A DNA stretch of 64,000 bases, taken from assembly GCA_017625035.1 (NCBI GenBank), contig JAGALX010000005.1:10570-74569 (forward strand). The letters run 5' to 3'. The position numbers were made by a program, and so were the translations under genes. Source of the DNA: Clostridia bacterium. Its GTDB lineage: Bacteria > Bacillota > Clostridia > TANB77 > CAG-508. A model generated the notes under the pieces. That model searched no databases and was not told where the DNA came from. It saw nothing but the letters and a program-made list of their open reading frames with translations. Below, one piece after another: positions 19,880 to 31,226 of the stretch (position 1 is its first letter; each line of letters begins with the position of its first letter).

Positions 19880-20322
19880 TGCCATTAATGCCAAAAAGAA
19901 CAAAATATAGAAAATTACAAAAAGGTAGAATGAGAGGAAAAGCTACTAGAGGTAATAAAGTAACAGATGGAGAATATGGTTTACAAGCAGTAGAAGCTGG
20001 ATTAATCACTTCTAATCAAATAGAAGCAGCTCGTATTGCTATGACTCGTCACACAAAAAGAGGTGGTAAAGTTTGGATTAAATTATTCCCAGACAAACCA
20101 ATCACAAATAAAGGTATAGGAACTCGTATGGGTAAAGGTAAAGGTGCCGTTACATATTGGGTTGCTGTTGCAAAACCAGGAAGAGTAATGTTCGAAATTG
20201 CAGGAGTATCTGAAGAAGTTGCAAGAGAAGCACTAAGATTAGCTGCAAACAAACTATCTGTTAAATGTAAATTTGTAAGAAAAGAAACTGAAATGGGTGG
20301 TGATGTAGATGAAGATAAATAA
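19879..20322 (+). CDS. rplP: 50S ribosomal protein L16
   Basis: [16 protein letters not shown].. Confidence 0.97.
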   Translation: MPLMPKRTKYRKLQKGRMRGKATRGNKVTDGEYGLQAVEAGLITSNQIEAARIAMTRHTKRGGKVWIKLFPDKPITNKGIGTRMGKGKGAVTYWVAVAKPGRVMFEIAGVSEEVAREALRLAANKLSVKCKFVRKETEMGGDVDEDK

Positions 20323-20509
20323 AATAAAAGAAATGTCTTCACCAGATTTAGAAAAAGAATTAGGAGAATTAAAATCAGAGCTATTTAAATTAAGATTTAC
20401 AAAAAAAGCAAATGGTTTAGATAATCCTATGAAAATTAAAGAAGTGAAAAAAGACATAGCTAGAATTAAAACAATATTAAATGAAAGAAAATTAAATGAA
20501 GCAAAATAA
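20309..20509 (+). CDS. rpmC: 50S ribosomal protein L29
   Basis: ..[14 protein letters not shown]..; overlaps rplP end. Confidence 0.93.
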   Translation: MKINKIKEMSSPDLEKELGELKSELFKLRFTKKANGLDNPMKIKEVKKDIARIKTILNERKLNEAK

Positions 20510-20549
20510 TTGCAAACATTTGAAAATATAAAGGAAGGAGATCATTCGA

Positions 20550-20813
20550 ATGGAAGTAAGAAATCTTCGTAAAGTTATGATTGGTACAGTTGTTTCAAAT
20601 AAAATGGATAAAACAGTTGTTGTTGCAGTTGAAACAAGTGAAAAACATAAAATATATGGAAAAATACAAAAAAGAACTTATAAATTAAAAGCTCATGACG
20701 AAAACAATGCTTGCCAAGAAGGCGACAAAGTTAAAGTTATGGAAACAAGACCTCTATCAAAAGATAAAAGATGGAGAGTTGTAGAAATAGTTGAAAAAGC
20801 TGTTATAAAATAA
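20550..20813 (+). CDS. rpsQ: 30S ribosomal protein S17
   Basis: ..[25 protein letters not shown].. Confidence 0.96.
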   Translation: MEVRNLRKVMIGTVVSNKMDKTVVVAVETSEKHKIYGKIQKRTYKLKAHDENNACQEGDKVKVMETRPLSKDKRWRVVEIVEKAVIK

Positions 20814-20890
20814 GCTATATTTATAAAGCAATGAATTACAAAATGTAATAAAATCAAAATAAATTTTGGTTTAAAGGAGGGAAAATTCAA

Positions 20891-21259
20891 ATGGTACAAC
20901 AACAAACTATATTAAAAGTAGCTGATAACACAGGAGCAAAAGAAATCATGTGTATTAGATGTTTAGGTGGTTCTTACAGAAAATATGCAAGAGTTGGAGA
21001 TATAATAGTTGCATCTGTAAAAACAGCTGCTCCAGGTGGAGTTGTAAAAAAAGGTGATGTAGTTAAAGCAGTTGTAGTTAGAACTAAAAAAGCTACAAGA
21101 AGAGCTGATGGTTCATACATAAGATTTGATGAAAATGCTGCTGTAATAATAAAAGAAGATGGAAATCCAAAAGGAACTCGTATATTTGGACCTATCGCAA
21201 GAGAGTTAAGAGAGAAAAATTATATGAAAATATTATCTTTAGCTCCAGAAGTTTTATAA
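20891..21259 (+). CDS. rplN: 50S ribosomal protein L14
   Basis: [18 protein letters not shown].. Confidence 0.97.
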   Translation: MVQQQTILKVADNTGAKEIMCIRCLGGSYRKYARVGDIIVASVKTAAPGGVVKKGDVVKAVVVRTKKATRRADGSYIRFDENAAVIIKEDGNPKGTRIFGPIARELREKNYMKILSLAPEVL

Positions 21260-21312
21260 TAATAAACAAAATCAATAATGAAAAAATAATAATAGAGGAG
21301 GCGAAATCCTAA

Positions 21313-21624
21313 ATGCTAAAAATAAAAAAAGGTGATACAGTTAAAGTTTTATCAGGAAATGATAAAAACAAAACTGGAGAAGTTTTAGAAGTTATGCCAA
21401 AAGTAGAAAAAATAATAGTAAAAGGTATAAATATAAAGAAAAAACACATGAAACCTAGAAGACAAGGTGAAGAAGGCGGAATCATATCTAAAGAATTCCC
21501 AATTCATATGAGTAAAGTTAGTGTAGTATGCCCAAAATGCGGTAAAGCTACAAGAATTGGATTCGTAATGGATAAAGATAATAAAGTTCGTGTTTGTAAA
21601 TCATGTGAAGCAAAATTAAAATAA
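21313..21624 (+). CDS. rplX: 50S ribosomal protein L24 (carries CxxC...CxxC)
   Basis: KIKKGDTVKVLSGNDK.KTGEVL; C-terminal part CPKCG..CKSCE. Confidence 0.95.
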   Translation: MLKIKKGDTVKVLSGNDKNKTGEVLEVMPKVEKIIVKGINIKKKHMKPRRQGEEGGIISKEFPIHMSKVSVVCPKCGKATRIGFVMDKDNKVRVCKSCEAKLK

Positions 21625-21650
21625 TCGAGAAAGGAGGATAAATAAAAATT

Positions 21651-22190
21651 ATGGAAATATTAAAAGAACAATACAAAAATGAAGTAATTCCAGCAATGAT
21701 GAAAAAATTCAATTATAAATCAGTAATGGAAGTTCCAAAACTAGATAAAATAGTTATTAATATAGGTTTAGGAGATACAAAAGAAAATCCTAAATCATTA
21801 GAAAATGCAATAAAAGATTTAAGCGAAATAACAGGTCAAAAACCAATCGTTACAAAATCTAAAAAAGCTATAGCAGCTTTTAAATTAAGAGCTAATGTTG
21901 ATGTGGGTTGTAAAGTTACATTAAGAAGTGGAAAAATGTATGATTTTGCATACAAACTATTTAATGTAGCACTTCCTAGAGTAAGAGATTTTAGAGGAGT
22001 ATCTGCTAATTCTTTCGATGGAAGAGGTAATTATTCAATGGGTCTAAAAGAACAAATTATATTCCCAGAAATTGAATATGATAAAATTGATAAAATAAGA
22101 GGTATGGATATAATATTTGTAACTACTGCTAAATCAGATGAGGAAGCAAAAGAATTATTAAGTCTATTAGGTATGCCTTTTAAAAAGTAA
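21651..22190 (+). CDS. rplE: 50S ribosomal protein L5
   Basis: ..[23 protein letters not shown].. Confidence 0.97.
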   Translation: MEILKEQYKNEVIPAMMKKFNYKSVMEVPKLDKIVINIGLGDTKENPKSLENAIKDLSEITGQKPIVTKSKKAIAAFKLRANVDVGCKVTLRSGKMYDFAYKLFNVALPRVRDFRGVSANSFDGRGNYSMGLKEQIIFPEIEYDKIDKIRGMDIIFVTTAKSDEEAKELLSLLGMPFKK

Positions 22191-22238
22191 TTATAAGCTA
22201 GGTTTCTTAAATATTAGTTAAGAAGAAAGGAGAAATTC

Positions 22239-22424
22239 ATGGCTAAAAAATCTTTAAAAGTTAAGCAACAAAAAGCGCAAAAATACGCAACAAGAGAATA
22301 TAATAGATGCCAAATATGTGGAAGACCACATGCATATATAAGAAAATTTGGAATTTGCCGTGTATGCTTTAGAGAATTAGCACATAAAGGTGAAATACCA
22401 GGTGTAAAAAAAGCAAGCTGGTAA
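22239..22424 (+). CDS. rpsN: 30S ribosomal protein S14 type Z (zinc-binding)
   Basis: 61 aa; [23 protein letters not shown]. Confidence 0.96.
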   Translation: MAKKSLKVKQQKAQKYATREYNRCQICGRPHAYIRKFGICRVCFRELAHKGEIPGVKKASW

Positions 22425-22572
22425 TATCTATAATGTAATTTAAATTTATTTTCTCATAAATTTAAAATTAAAACAGGATATCCAAATTATTAGCTTTTCT
22501 AGCAATTTTATTGCATAGAATATGTCAATTTATGATTTATATAAATATAAAATGTTAAAAGGAGGGATAAAA

Positions 22573-22974
22573 TTGATTACTACTGATCCAATAGCAGATA
22601 TGCTAACAAGAATAAGAAATGCAAATAGTTCAAAACATAAAACAGTAGATGTTCCTGCTTCAAATATGAAATTAGCAATAGCTGAAATTCTATTTAAAGA
22701 AGGATATATAAAATCTTTTGAAGAAATAAAAGTTGAAAATAATCAAGGTATTATAAGAATAACTTTAAAATATGATGAGAAGGGTAGCAGAGTTATAGAT
22801 GGATTAAGAAGAATTAGTAAACCAGGACTAAGAGTATATGCATCTAAAGATGAATTACCAAAAGTTTTAAATGGTTTAGGAATAGCACTAATCTCTACAT
22901 CTAAAGGAATAAAAACAGACAAAGAAGCAAGACAAGCGGGATTAGGCGGAGAAGTATTAGCTTATGTTTGGTAA
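22573..22974 (+). CDS. rpsH: 30S ribosomal protein S8
   Basis: TTG start after aaaggaggg; (M)[16 protein letters not shown]. The ORF-track start 22522 is an upstream extension. Confidence 0.93.
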   Translation: MITTDPIADMLTRIRNANSSKHKTVDVPASNMKLAIAEILFKEGYIKSFEEIKVENNQGIIRITLKYDEKGSRVIDGLRRISKPGLRVYASKDELPKVLNGLGIALISTSKGIKTDKEARQAGLGGEVLAYVW

Positions 22975-23011
22975 TAAAACGCAAAACAAATTTTAAGGAG
23001 GGAAAAATCAG

Positions 23012-23551
23012 ATGTCTAGAATAGGAAATAAACCTATTACAGTTCCAGCAGGTGTTGAAGTAAAATTAGACGGACAACATATTACTGTAAAAGGACCAAA
23101 AGGAACATTAGAAAGAGATATTCATAAAAACATATCTGTAGCTATGGACGGAAATGTTATTACAGTAACAAGACCAAATGATGAAGCTGAAAACAGAAGT
23201 TTACATGGATTAACAAGAACTTTAATCAATAACATGATTGAAGGTGTTCTTAATGAATATAAAAGAGAATTAGAAATAAATGGTGTTGGATACAGAGCTC
23301 AATTAAAGGGTAAAACTTTAGTATTAACTTTAGGATATTCACATCCAGTAGAAATGGTTGCTCCAGAAGGAATAACTTTTGAAGTGCCATCTCCAAACCA
23401 AATAATTGTTAAAGGTATTGATAAAGAACAAGTTGGTCAAATGGCAGCTGTAATAAGAACAAAAAGACCACCAGAGGTATATAGAGGTAAAGGTATTAAA
23501 TATGTTGAAGAACATATTAGACGTAAAGAAGGAAAAGCTGGTAAGAAATAA
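23012..23551 (+). CDS. rplF: 50S ribosomal protein L6
   Basis: MSRIGNKPITVPAGVEV.. Confidence 0.97.
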   Translation: MSRIGNKPITVPAGVEVKLDGQHITVKGPKGTLERDIHKNISVAMDGNVITVTRPNDEAENRSLHGLTRTLINNMIEGVLNEYKRELEINGVGYRAQLKGKTLVLTLGYSHPVEMVAPEGITFEVPSPNQIIVKGIDKEQVGQMAAVIRTKRPPEVYRGKGIKYVEEHIRRKEGKAGKK

Positions 23552-23674
23552 AATTTTAATAAGATTTAGTCTTATTAGCAACTTCAAAAAAATTATTATA
23601 TCAATAAATAAAGTTTTTAATGAAACTCATATAAGAAAGCTAATGCTGTTACATTAGTTAGAAAGGAGAAAAAA

Positions 23675-24034
23675 ATGGTTTCTAAAACAGATAGAAAATT
23701 TGAAACAAGAAGAAGACATATAAGAGTACGTAGAAAAATAAGTGGTACTGCTGAACGTCCAAGATTATGTATATACAGAAGTAACAGAAATTTATTTGCT
23801 CAATTAATAGATGATGTTACAGGTACTACATTAGCTTGTGCTTCTACTCTTGATAAAGAAATAAAAACAAAATTTGCTAATAAAGAAGCAGCTAAAGAAG
23901 TTGGAGCTTTAATAGCAAAAAGAGCTATTGAAAAAAGCATTGAAAATGTTGTTTTTGATAGAAGTGGATATCAATATCATGGAGTAATCAAAGAATTCGC
24001 AGAAGCTGCAAGAGAAGCAGGATTAAAATTCTAA
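23675..24034 (+). CDS. rplR: 50S ribosomal protein L18
   Basis: ..[20 protein letters not shown].. Confidence 0.97.
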   Translation: MVSKTDRKFETRRRHIRVRRKISGTAERPRLCIYRSNRNLFAQLIDDVTGTTLACASTLDKEIKTKFANKEAAKEVGALIAKRAIEKSIENVVFDRSGYQYHGVIKEFAEAAREAGLKF

Positions 24035-24065
24035 TATCTAATAAAAAGGAGGGAAATAAAAATTC

Positions 24066-24554
24066 ATGGAAAATAATACATCAGAATTAAAAGAAAAAGT
24101 TGTATCTATCAGCAGAGTTGCTAAAGTTGTAAAAGGTGGTAGAACTTTCAGATTTAGCGCAGTTGTAGTTGTTGGAGATGGAAATGGACACGTTGGAGTT
24201 GGAAATGGTAAAGCTGCAGAAGTTCCAGATGCAATCAAAAAAGCTATAGAAGAAGCTAAAAAGAATTTAATTACTGTTCCAGTTGTAGGAACAACTATAC
24301 CACATGAATTTATTGGAAAATTCGGTAGTGCAAAAGTTATGCTAAAACCAGCTGCAGAAGGTACTGGAATCATAGCAGGAGGAAGCGTTAGACCTGTAAT
24401 AGAACTTGCTGGATACAGAGATATAAGAACAAAAGTTATAGGAACTAACAATCCAAGAAACGTTGTATATGCTACAATCGAAGGATTAAAAAGTATGCAA
24501 ACTCTAGAGCAAGTAGCTAAAAAAAGAGGAAAAAAAGCAGACGAGATTTTATAA
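24066..24554 (+). CDS. rpsE: 30S ribosomal protein S5
   Basis: ..[25 protein letters not shown].. Confidence 0.97.
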   Translation: MENNTSELKEKVVSISRVAKVVKGGRTFRFSAVVVVGDGNGHVGVGNGKAAEVPDAIKKAIEEAKKNLITVPVVGTTIPHEFIGKFGSAKVMLKPAAEGTGIIAGGSVRPVIELAGYRDIRTKVIGTNNPRNVVYATIEGLKSMQTLEQVAKKRGKKADEIL

Positions 24555-24626
24555 AAAAATTAGTTGATTTATAAAAAAACATAGTATATACTTACTATAA
24601 TAAAAATAAGGAGGTGTAACCACATA

Positions 24627-25061
24627 ATGAAATTAGACGAATTAGCGCCAGCACAAGTAACAAAATCTAGAACTAGAGTAGGACGTGGAATGGGTTCTGG
24701 ACTTGGAAAAACATCTGGTAGAGGACATAAAGGTCAAAAAGCAAGATCAGGTGGTGGAGTAAGAAGAGGCTTTGAAGGAGGTCAAACACCATTATATAGA
24801 AGATTACCAAAAAGAGGATTTACAAATATTCATGCTAAAACATACACAGAAGTAACTTTAACAATGCTTAACAAAGCCACAACTGAAGAAGTTACAGCTG
24901 AAAGCTTAATAGCAGACGGAATAATCAGTAAAGCAAATGACGGAATCGTAATTCTTGCTACTGGAAACTTAGAGAAAAAATTAGCTGTAAAAGCTAAAAG
25001 ATTTACTAAAGCAGCAAAAGAAAAAATTGAAGCTTTAGGTGGAAAGACAGAGGTGATTTAA
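24627..25061 (+). CDS. rplO: 50S ribosomal protein L15
   Basis: ..[33 protein letters not shown]. Confidence 0.97.
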   Translation: MKLDELAPAQVTKSRTRVGRGMGSGLGKTSGRGHKGQKARSGGGVRRGFEGGQTPLYRRLPKRGFTNIHAKTYTEVTLTMLNKATTEEVTAESLIADGIISKANDGIVILATGNLEKKLAVKAKRFTKAAKEKIEALGGKTEVI

Positions 25062-26375
25062 TTGTTTAACACCATAAAAAACGCTTTAAAAACACCAGAT
25101 GTCAGAAAAAGAATATTATATACATTATTATTAATAGTAATATTTAGACTTGGATGTTTTATTTCAGTACCAACTGTAGATTCTACATTATTAACAAAGG
25201 ACTCAGAGGGAATTAAAGGATTTATCAATTTATTAACAGGTGGAGCTTTTACAAGACTTTCAATATTTGCAATGTCAATTACTCCATATATTACAGCATC
25301 AATTGTTATACAATTGTTAGCAATGGTAATACCATCTTTAGAAAGATTAACTAAAGAAGGGGGAGAAACTGAAAGAGCAAAAATTAATAGATACACTAAA
25401 CTTCTTACACTATTCCTATCTCTAGCAGAAGGATTAGGTATATATTTAATGTATAAACCTACAGGAGTATTTATAAATCCAGGACTATTAACAGGATTTA
25501 TAGTAGTACTGTCATTTATGACAGGAACAGCATTACTTATGTGGTTAGGAGAGCAAATAACAACAAAAGGTATAGGAAATGGTATATCAATGTTAATATT
25601 TGTAGGTATAGTTGCTGGTCTACGTGATACAGTAAAATCATTATACTATACAATTTTTGCAACAACTTTTGACACAAAAAAGCTATTATTAGTGATAGGT
25701 ATAATAGTAGGAGTAGTTGCATTAATAGCAGCAGTTGTTTTTGTACAACAAGCTGAAAGAAGAATACCAGTGCAATATTCAAAAAAAGTTGTAGGAAGAA
25801 AAATGATGGGCGGACAAAATACACATATTCCATTAAAATTAGCAATGGCTGGTGTAATGCCAATAATATTTGCATCATCATTTATGACTTTCCCAGCAAT
25901 GGTTATTCAATTAGTGAATCCGAACATAGCAACACAAGGTGGTTTCTGGAATGTAATTTATAATATATCTATAGCTACATCTTCTTCAGATGTAATGTTA
26001 AGATATACAATAATTAATGCTGTAATATACTTATTATTAATTATTGGATTTACATTCTTCTATACATATGCTACATTTAATCCAGCTGAAATTTCTAGTA
26101 ATATTAAGAAAAACGGCGGATTTATACCAGGTATAAGAGCTGGTAAGTCAACAACAGAATATTTATCATCAGTAATAAGCAAATTGACAATTTTTGGAGG
26201 ATTTTTCCTAGCAATAATTGCAATTATACCAATGCTAGTTAGCCATATAGATATCGGTGCAAACTTAGCTTTTGGTGGTACTTCAATATTAATTATTGTT
26301 GGTGTAGCACTAGAAACAGTACAACAATTAGAGTCTCAAGTAGTAATGAAACATTATAAAGGTTTTTTAGAATAA
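25062..26375 (+). CDS. secY: preprotein translocase subunit SecY
   Basis: TTG start after gaggtg. Ten-TM protein with ..FAMSITPYITASIVIQLL.. and ..GGFIPGIRAG.. Confidence 0.96.
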   Translation: MFNTIKNALKTPDVRKRILYTLLLIVIFRLGCFISVPTVDSTLLTKDSEGIKGFINLLTGGAFTRLSIFAMSITPYITASIVIQLLAMVIPSLERLTKEGGETERAKINRYTKLLTLFLSLAEGLGIYLMYKPTGVFINPGLLTGFIVVLSFMTGTALLMWLGEQITTKGIGNGISMLIFVGIVAGLRDTVKSLYYTIFATTFDTKKLLLVIGIIVGVVALIAAVVFVQQAERRIPVQYSKKVVGRKMMGGQNTHIPLKLAMAGVMPIIFASSFMTFPAMVIQLVNPNIATQGGFWNVIYNISIATSSSDVMLRYTIINAVIYLLLIIGFTFFYTYATFNPAEISSNIKKNGGFIPGIRAGKSTTEYLSSVISKLTIFGGFFLAIIAIIPMLVSHIDIGANLAFGGTSILIIVGVALETVQQLESQVVMKHYKGFLE

Positions 26376-26413
26376 AGCAATAAAAGAAAATTAATTGTTA
26401 TAATAAATATACA

Positions 26414-26457
26414 AAAGTTGGAAGTAGAATTCAAAAAAGAAATTAACTTCCAACTTT
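26414..26457 (+). terminator. hairpin between secY and adk (12-bp stem, 20-nt loop), possible internal terminator/processing site
   Basis: aaagttggaagt ... acttccaacttt. Confidence 0.4.
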
Positions 26458-26583
26458 ATATATGATTTTTTAAATAACTAACATTAAATATAGTAGTTAT
26501 TTAAAAAGTTATATACATCAAAAAATATATTAAGAATATAATAAATAATTAAAATTATATACATTAAAAGGAGGAATAATATC

Positions 26584-27249
26584 ATGTATATTATAATGTT
26601 AGGTGGACCTGGAAGTGGAAAAGGTAGTGTTGGAGGAAGAGTTTCTGAAGATTTTAATTTACCACATATTGCTACAGGTGATATATTCAGGGCAGAACTT
26701 AAAAGCGAAACAGAATTAGGTAAAAAAATTAAAAAATATATGGACAACGGACTTCTTGTACCAGACGAAGTAGTTATAGAAACTGTAGAAAGTAGACTAT
26801 CTCAAGAAGACGTAAAAAATGGAGCAATTTTAGATGGATTCCCAAGAACAAAAGATCAAGCAATTGCATTAGATAAATTTTTAGCCGAAAAAGGTAAAAA
26901 AGTAGATGCAGCAATCGAATTAGATGTATCTGACGAAGATATTGTAAAAAGAATTGTAAAAAGAGTTATATGTTCAAATAAATCTTGTGGTGAATCATAT
27001 AACACAGAATTTAAACCTTCAAAAGAAGAAGGTATATGTGACAAATGTGGCTCTACATTAATAAAAAGAGCAGACGATAATGAAGAAACTGTTATGCAAA
27101 GACTAAAAGTATATCATGATACATCAAAAGAATTACTTGAATATTACAAAGACACAGGCGTTTTATATACAGTACACCCAAATATATATTCAAAAACTGT
27201 ATTAGAAGATAGCGTTTCAGAAGTAGAAACATACTTAAAAAATAAATAA
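26584..27249 (+). CDS. adk: adenylate kinase (zinc-lid type)
   Basis: GGPGSGKG P-loop; lid CSNKSCGESY..CDKCGS. Confidence 0.95.
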   Translation: MYIIMLGGPGSGKGSVGGRVSEDFNLPHIATGDIFRAELKSETELGKKIKKYMDNGLLVPDEVVIETVESRLSQEDVKNGAILDGFPRTKDQAIALDKFLAEKGKKVDAAIELDVSDEDIVKRIVKRVICSNKSCGESYNTEFKPSKEEGICDKCGSTLIKRADDNEETVMQRLKVYHDTSKELLEYYKDTGVLYTVHPNIYSKTVLEDSVSEVETYLKNK

Positions 27250-27262
27250 GGAAGTAATAACT

Positions 27263-28036
27263 GTGATAACTATAAAATCAAAAAAAGAAATTGAAGAAAT
27301 GAAAGAAGCTTGTAAGCTAACTGCTCTTGTACATAAAAAATTACAAGAAAATATAAGACCTGGAATATCGACTTATGAATTAGATAAAATTGCAGAAAAC
27401 TTTATAAGAGGTAATGGAGGAATACCTGCACAAAAAGGGTATGACCCAAAAATAAAAGGCGTGCCTCCATTTCCATGTTCAATATGTACATCAATAAACG
27501 ATGAAGTAATACATGGAATACCTTCAAAAAGCGTAATATTAAAAGAAGGCGATATAATAAGCATAGATTTAGTCTCATACAAAAATGGTTTTAATGGTGA
27601 TGCAGCAAGAACTTATATTGTTGGAAAAGAAAAAAGTAAAGAACATGTACGATTATTAGATGTAACAAAACAAGCTTTTTTTGAGGGTATTAAATATGCT
27701 GTAAAAGGAAATCGAATTGGAGATATAAGTCATGCAATAGGACAATATATAGAAAAAAACGGATTTTCAGTTGTAAGAGAATTTCAAGGTCATGGAATCG
27801 GAAGACAAATGCACGAAGATCCAGGAATACCAAATTACGGAAAAGCAGGTAAAGGTGCAAGAATTGAACCAGGTATGACACTAGCAATAGAACCAATGGT
27901 AATCATGGGAAAACCAGATATTTTAGAGCTTGATGACGGCTGGACAATAATTACAGAAGATGGTACACCAGCAGCACATTATGAAAACACAATTTTAATT
28001 ACAGAAAAAGAGCCTGAAATATTGACATTATTGTAA
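27263..28036 (+). CDS. map: type I methionine aminopeptidase
   Basis: ..DGDIISIDL..GFNGD..GHGIGR.MHE..TLAIEP.. Confidence 0.95.
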   Translation: MITIKSKKEIEEMKEACKLTALVHKKLQENIRPGISTYELDKIAENFIRGNGGIPAQKGYDPKIKGVPPFPCSICTSINDEVIHGIPSKSVILKEGDIISIDLVSYKNGFNGDAARTYIVGKEKSKEHVRLLDVTKQAFFEGIKYAVKGNRIGDISHAIGQYIEKNGFSVVREFQGHGIGRQMHEDPGIPNYGKAGKGARIEPGMTLAIEPMVIMGKPDILELDDGWTIITEDGTPAAHYENTILITEKEPEILTLL

Positions 28037-28110
28037 AAATATTATATACTATAAAAGCTATTGTTAAAATTAGCAATATATATATTTAAGAAAGAAAAAT
28101 GGAGGTAGAA

Positions 28111-28329
28111 ATGGCAAAAGAAGATGTTATTGAAGTAGAAGGAACTGTTGTAGAAACATTACCAAATACTAATTTCAAAGTTGAACTTGAAAATGGACAT
28201 CAAATTCTAGCACATATTTCTGGAAAATTAAGAATGAATTACATAAAAATTCTTCCAGGAGACAAAGTAAAAGTTGAACTTTCACCATATGATTTAACAA
28301 GAGGAAGAATTACATGGAGAGCAAAATAA
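28111..28329 (+). CDS. infA: translation initiation factor IF-1
   Basis: [26 protein letters not shown]. ggagg 5 nt upstream of ATG 28111. Confidence 0.95.
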   Translation: MAKEDVIEVEGTVVETLPNTNFKVELENGHQILAHISGKLRMNYIKILPGDKVKVELSPYDLTRGRITWRAK

Positions 28330-28396
28330 GTAAAAATATCTGATTGATACCCAATCAATTAATATATTAAGAAACATGTTTAGGGAGGTGTAGTAA

Positions 28397-28510
28397 ATGA
28401 AAGTAAGACCATCAGTAAAACCAATTTGTGAAAAATGCAAAGTAATCAAAAGAAAAGGTGTAATAAGAGTGATTTGTGAAAATCCTAAACATAAACAAAG
28501 ACAAGGATAG
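28397..28510 (+). CDS. rpmJ: 50S ribosomal protein L36
   Basis: Not in ORF track (<60 aa). [39 protein letters not shown] gggagg upstream. Confidence 0.93.
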   Translation: MKVRPSVKPICEKCKVIKRKGVIRVICENPKHKQRQG

Positions 28511-28529
28511 TATACAAATTAAGGTATTC

Positions 28530-28568
28530 ACACAAATCTAGAAAAGCGGCTGAACATTAGATTTGTGT
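28530..28568 (+). terminator. hairpin after rpmJ (11-bp stem)
   Basis: acacaaatcta ... tagatttgtgt. Confidence 0.4.
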
Positions 28569-28724
28569 TAATATATATAGTTTTATAAATATTAAAGACT
28601 AGTATAAGTTAAAGTCCGATTAATTTATAATTAGTGCATTTCACCTTTAATATTAATTAAAACAACAAAAATAACAACAAACAATAAAAATAATATTTAT
28701 AAAAATTTTGGAGGTGCAAAAATA

Positions 28725-29090
28725 ATGGCTCGTATATCAGGAGTAGATTTACCTAGAGAAAAAAGAATAGAAATAGGATTAACATATATTTATGGAATAG
28801 GTTTATCAAGTTCTCAAAAAATATTAGCAAATGCTGGTGTAAATCCAGATATTAGAGTAAAAGACTTAACAGATGATCAAGTACAAGCAATAAGAAATGC
28901 TATGGATGGATATGTTGTTGAAGGAGACTTACGTAGAGAAGTTGCTCTAAATATCAAAAGACTTACAGAAATAGGATGCTACAGAGGATTAAGACATAGA
29001 AGAGGTCTTCCAGTAAGAGGACAAAGAACAAAAACTAATGCTCGTACAAGAAAAGGACCTAGAAAATTAGTTAGTAAAAGTAAGAAATAA
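28725..29090 (+). CDS. rpsM: 30S ribosomal protein S13
   Basis: [25 protein letters not shown]. Confidence 0.97.
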   Translation: MARISGVDLPREKRIEIGLTYIYGIGLSSSQKILANAGVNPDIRVKDLTDDQVQAIRNAMDGYVVEGDLRREVALNIKRLTEIGCYRGLRHRRGLPVRGQRTKTNARTRKGPRKLVSKSKK

Positions 29091-29109
29091 TTAAGGAGGT
29101 AAAACATAA

Positions 29110-29505
29110 ATGGCTAAGAATGTAACAAAAAAAGTAACTAGAAGAAGAGATAGAAAAAATATCGAAAAAGGTATGGCTAAAATTCATTCTAGTTTTAATA
29201 ATACAATAGTTACACTTACAGATGTTCAAGGTAATGTTTTATCTTGGGCAAGTGCTGGTGAATTAGGATTTAAAGGATCTAGAAAAAGCACACCATTTGC
29301 AGCTGGTGAAGCAGCAGAAACTGCAGCTAAAGCAGCTATGGAACATGGATTAAAATCAGTAGATGTATTTGTAAAAGGACCTGGTTCTGGTCGTGAAGCT
29401 GCTATAAGATCATTACAAGCAGCAGGGTTAGAAATAAGCAGTATAAAAGATGTAACACCAATACCACACAATGGTTGCAGACCACCAAAAAGACGTCGTG
29501 TATAA
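29110..29505 (+). CDS. rpsK: 30S ribosomal protein S11
   Basis: ..[16 protein letters not shown]...[18 protein letters not shown]. Confidence 0.97.
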   Translation: MAKNVTKKVTRRRDRKNIEKGMAKIHSSFNNTIVTLTDVQGNVLSWASAGELGFKGSRKSTPFAAGEAAETAAKAAMEHGLKSVDVFVKGPGSGREAAIRSLQAAGLEISSIKDVTPIPHNGCRPPKRRRV

Positions 29506-29535
29506 TTAAATATAATAAGGAAGGTGAAATAAAAA

Positions 29536-30162
29536 ATGGCAAGATATAAAGATGAGCAATGCCGTATTTGCCGTAGAGAAGGACAAAAGTTATTCTTAAA
29601 AGGTTCAAGATGTTATTCAGATAAATGCAGTATTTCAAGAAGAAATTACGCACCAGGACAAAATGGACAAAAAAAGAAGAAACTTTCTGAATATGGTACT
29701 CAATTAAGAGAAAAACAAAAAACAAAAGCTTTTTATGGTGTAGGAGAAAAACAATTTAGAAAATATTTCCAAATGGCTTCAAGTAGCAAAGGAAAAACAG
29801 GTGAAGTATTACTACAAATATTAGAAAGCAGATTAGATAATGTTGTATACAGATTAGGATTTGCAAGTTCAAGAGCTCAAGCTAGAATGCAAGTTACACA
29901 CGGAGCATTTGAAGTAAATGGACAAAAAGTTGATATACCATCATATCTAGTAAAACCAGGTGATGTAATAGCTTTAAGAGAAATCAGAAAAGATAATGGT
30001 GCTATTAAAATGAGTTTAGAAGAAACAGCTTCAAGACCAGTTCCAGCTTGGTTAGAAAAAGATGCTGAAAAAGTAAGTGGTAAAGTATTAGCAGTAGTTG
30101 CAAGAGAAGAAATAGACTTACCAGTTGAAGAACATTTAATAGTAGAGCTTTACTCAAAATAA
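29536..30162 (+). CDS. rpsD: 30S ribosomal protein S4
   Basis: MARY...C..CRREG.KLFLKG.RC; S4 domain [15 protein letters not shown]. Confidence 0.97.
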   Translation: MARYKDEQCRICRREGQKLFLKGSRCYSDKCSISRRNYAPGQNGQKKKKLSEYGTQLREKQKTKAFYGVGEKQFRKYFQMASSSKGKTGEVLLQILESRLDNVVYRLGFASSRAQARMQVTHGAFEVNGQKVDIPSYLVKPGDVIALREIRKDNGAIKMSLEETASRPVPAWLEKDAEKVSGKVLAVVAREEIDLPVEEHLIVELYSK

Positions 30163-30258
30163 TAATTTTAGCAAATAAAATGCTATATTTATTAATTATA
30201 TTGGAATTTATTTTAAAGTGTAGAAATAAAATCTCACTTCTTATATTAGGAGGTAAAA

Positions 30259-31206
30259 ATGATAGAATTTGAAAAGCCAAATATTAAATGCTTAGAGATA
30301 GATAATGATAATAATTATGCTAAATTTGTTTGTGAGCCATTAGAACGTGGATATGGCATAACTATAGGAAATTCATTAAGAAGAATATTACTTTCTTCAT
30401 TACCAGGTAGTGCAATAACTGGTGTTAAAATTGAAGGGGTACAACATGAATTTTCTACAATACCAAACGTAGTAGAAGATGTACCAGAGATAATAGTTAA
30501 TCTAAAAAATGTAAGATTAAAATTAGACCAAAATGAAGAAAAAACTCTAAGAATTAACTTTAAAGGAGAAGGAGAAGTTAAAGCAAGTGATATAATCACA
30601 GACGGAACAGTAGAAGTATTAAATCCAGATTTACATATAGCAACTGTTTCTGAGGGTGGTTCATTAGTAATGGAATTAATTGCAGATATGGGTAGAGGAT
30701 ACAACACTGCAGAAAAGAACAAAAAAGATGAGCAACCTCTAGGCTTACTTCCAATAGATTCTATCTACACACCAGTAAAAAAAGTTAATTACTCAGTAGA
30801 AAATACAAGAGTTGGACAAATGGTTGATTATGATAAATTAACAATCGAACTTTGGACAGATGGAAGTTTAAAACCATATGAAGCATTAAGTCTAGCTGCA
30901 AAAGTAATGACAGGACATTTAGAATTATTTATAGATTTATCTGAAGCTACTAAAAATACAAAAGTAATGGTAGAAAAAGAAGAATCTAAAAAAGAAAAAG
31001 TTTTAGAAATGTCAATCGAAGATTTAGAATTATCTGTAAGATCATTCAATTGTTTAAAAAGAGCAAATATTGCAACAGTTGAAGATTTAGCAAATAAAAC
31101 TGAATCAGATATGATGAAAGTTAGAAATTTAGGTAAAAAGTCTTTAGATGAAGTAACAAACAAGTTACATGCATTAGGGTTAGACTTTGCTAGAGAAGAT
31201 GATTAA
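30259..31206 (+). CDS. rpoA: DNA-directed RNA polymerase subunit alpha
   Basis: ..[21 protein letters not shown]; [18 protein letters not shown]. Confidence 0.97.
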   Translation: MIEFEKPNIKCLEIDNDNNYAKFVCEPLERGYGITIGNSLRRILLSSLPGSAITGVKIEGVQHEFSTIPNVVEDVPEIIVNLKNVRLKLDQNEEKTLRINFKGEGEVKASDIITDGTVEVLNPDLHIATVSEGGSLVMELIADMGRGYNTAEKNKKDEQPLGLLPIDSIYTPVKKVNYSVENTRVGQMVDYDKLTIELWTDGSLKPYEALSLAAKVMTGHLELFIDLSEATKNTKVMVEKEESKKEKVLEMSIEDLELSVRSFNCLKRANIATVEDLANKTESDMMKVRNLGKKSLDEVTNKLHALGLDFAREDD

Positions 31207-31226
31207 AAAAAGGAGGACTTGTTAAA

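Noticed and set aside
24038-24451. 137-aa minus-strand ORF, and similar long antisense ORFs at 12926-13516, 6327-6827, 36136-36645, 30315-30722, 53551-53970, 59632-60018 and 25058-25396
   Set aside because: Each lies fully antisense to a confidently identified conserved gene. They have low-complexity Leu/Ile/Phe/Ser-rich translations and no SD. They are shadow ORFs typical of AT-rich genomes.
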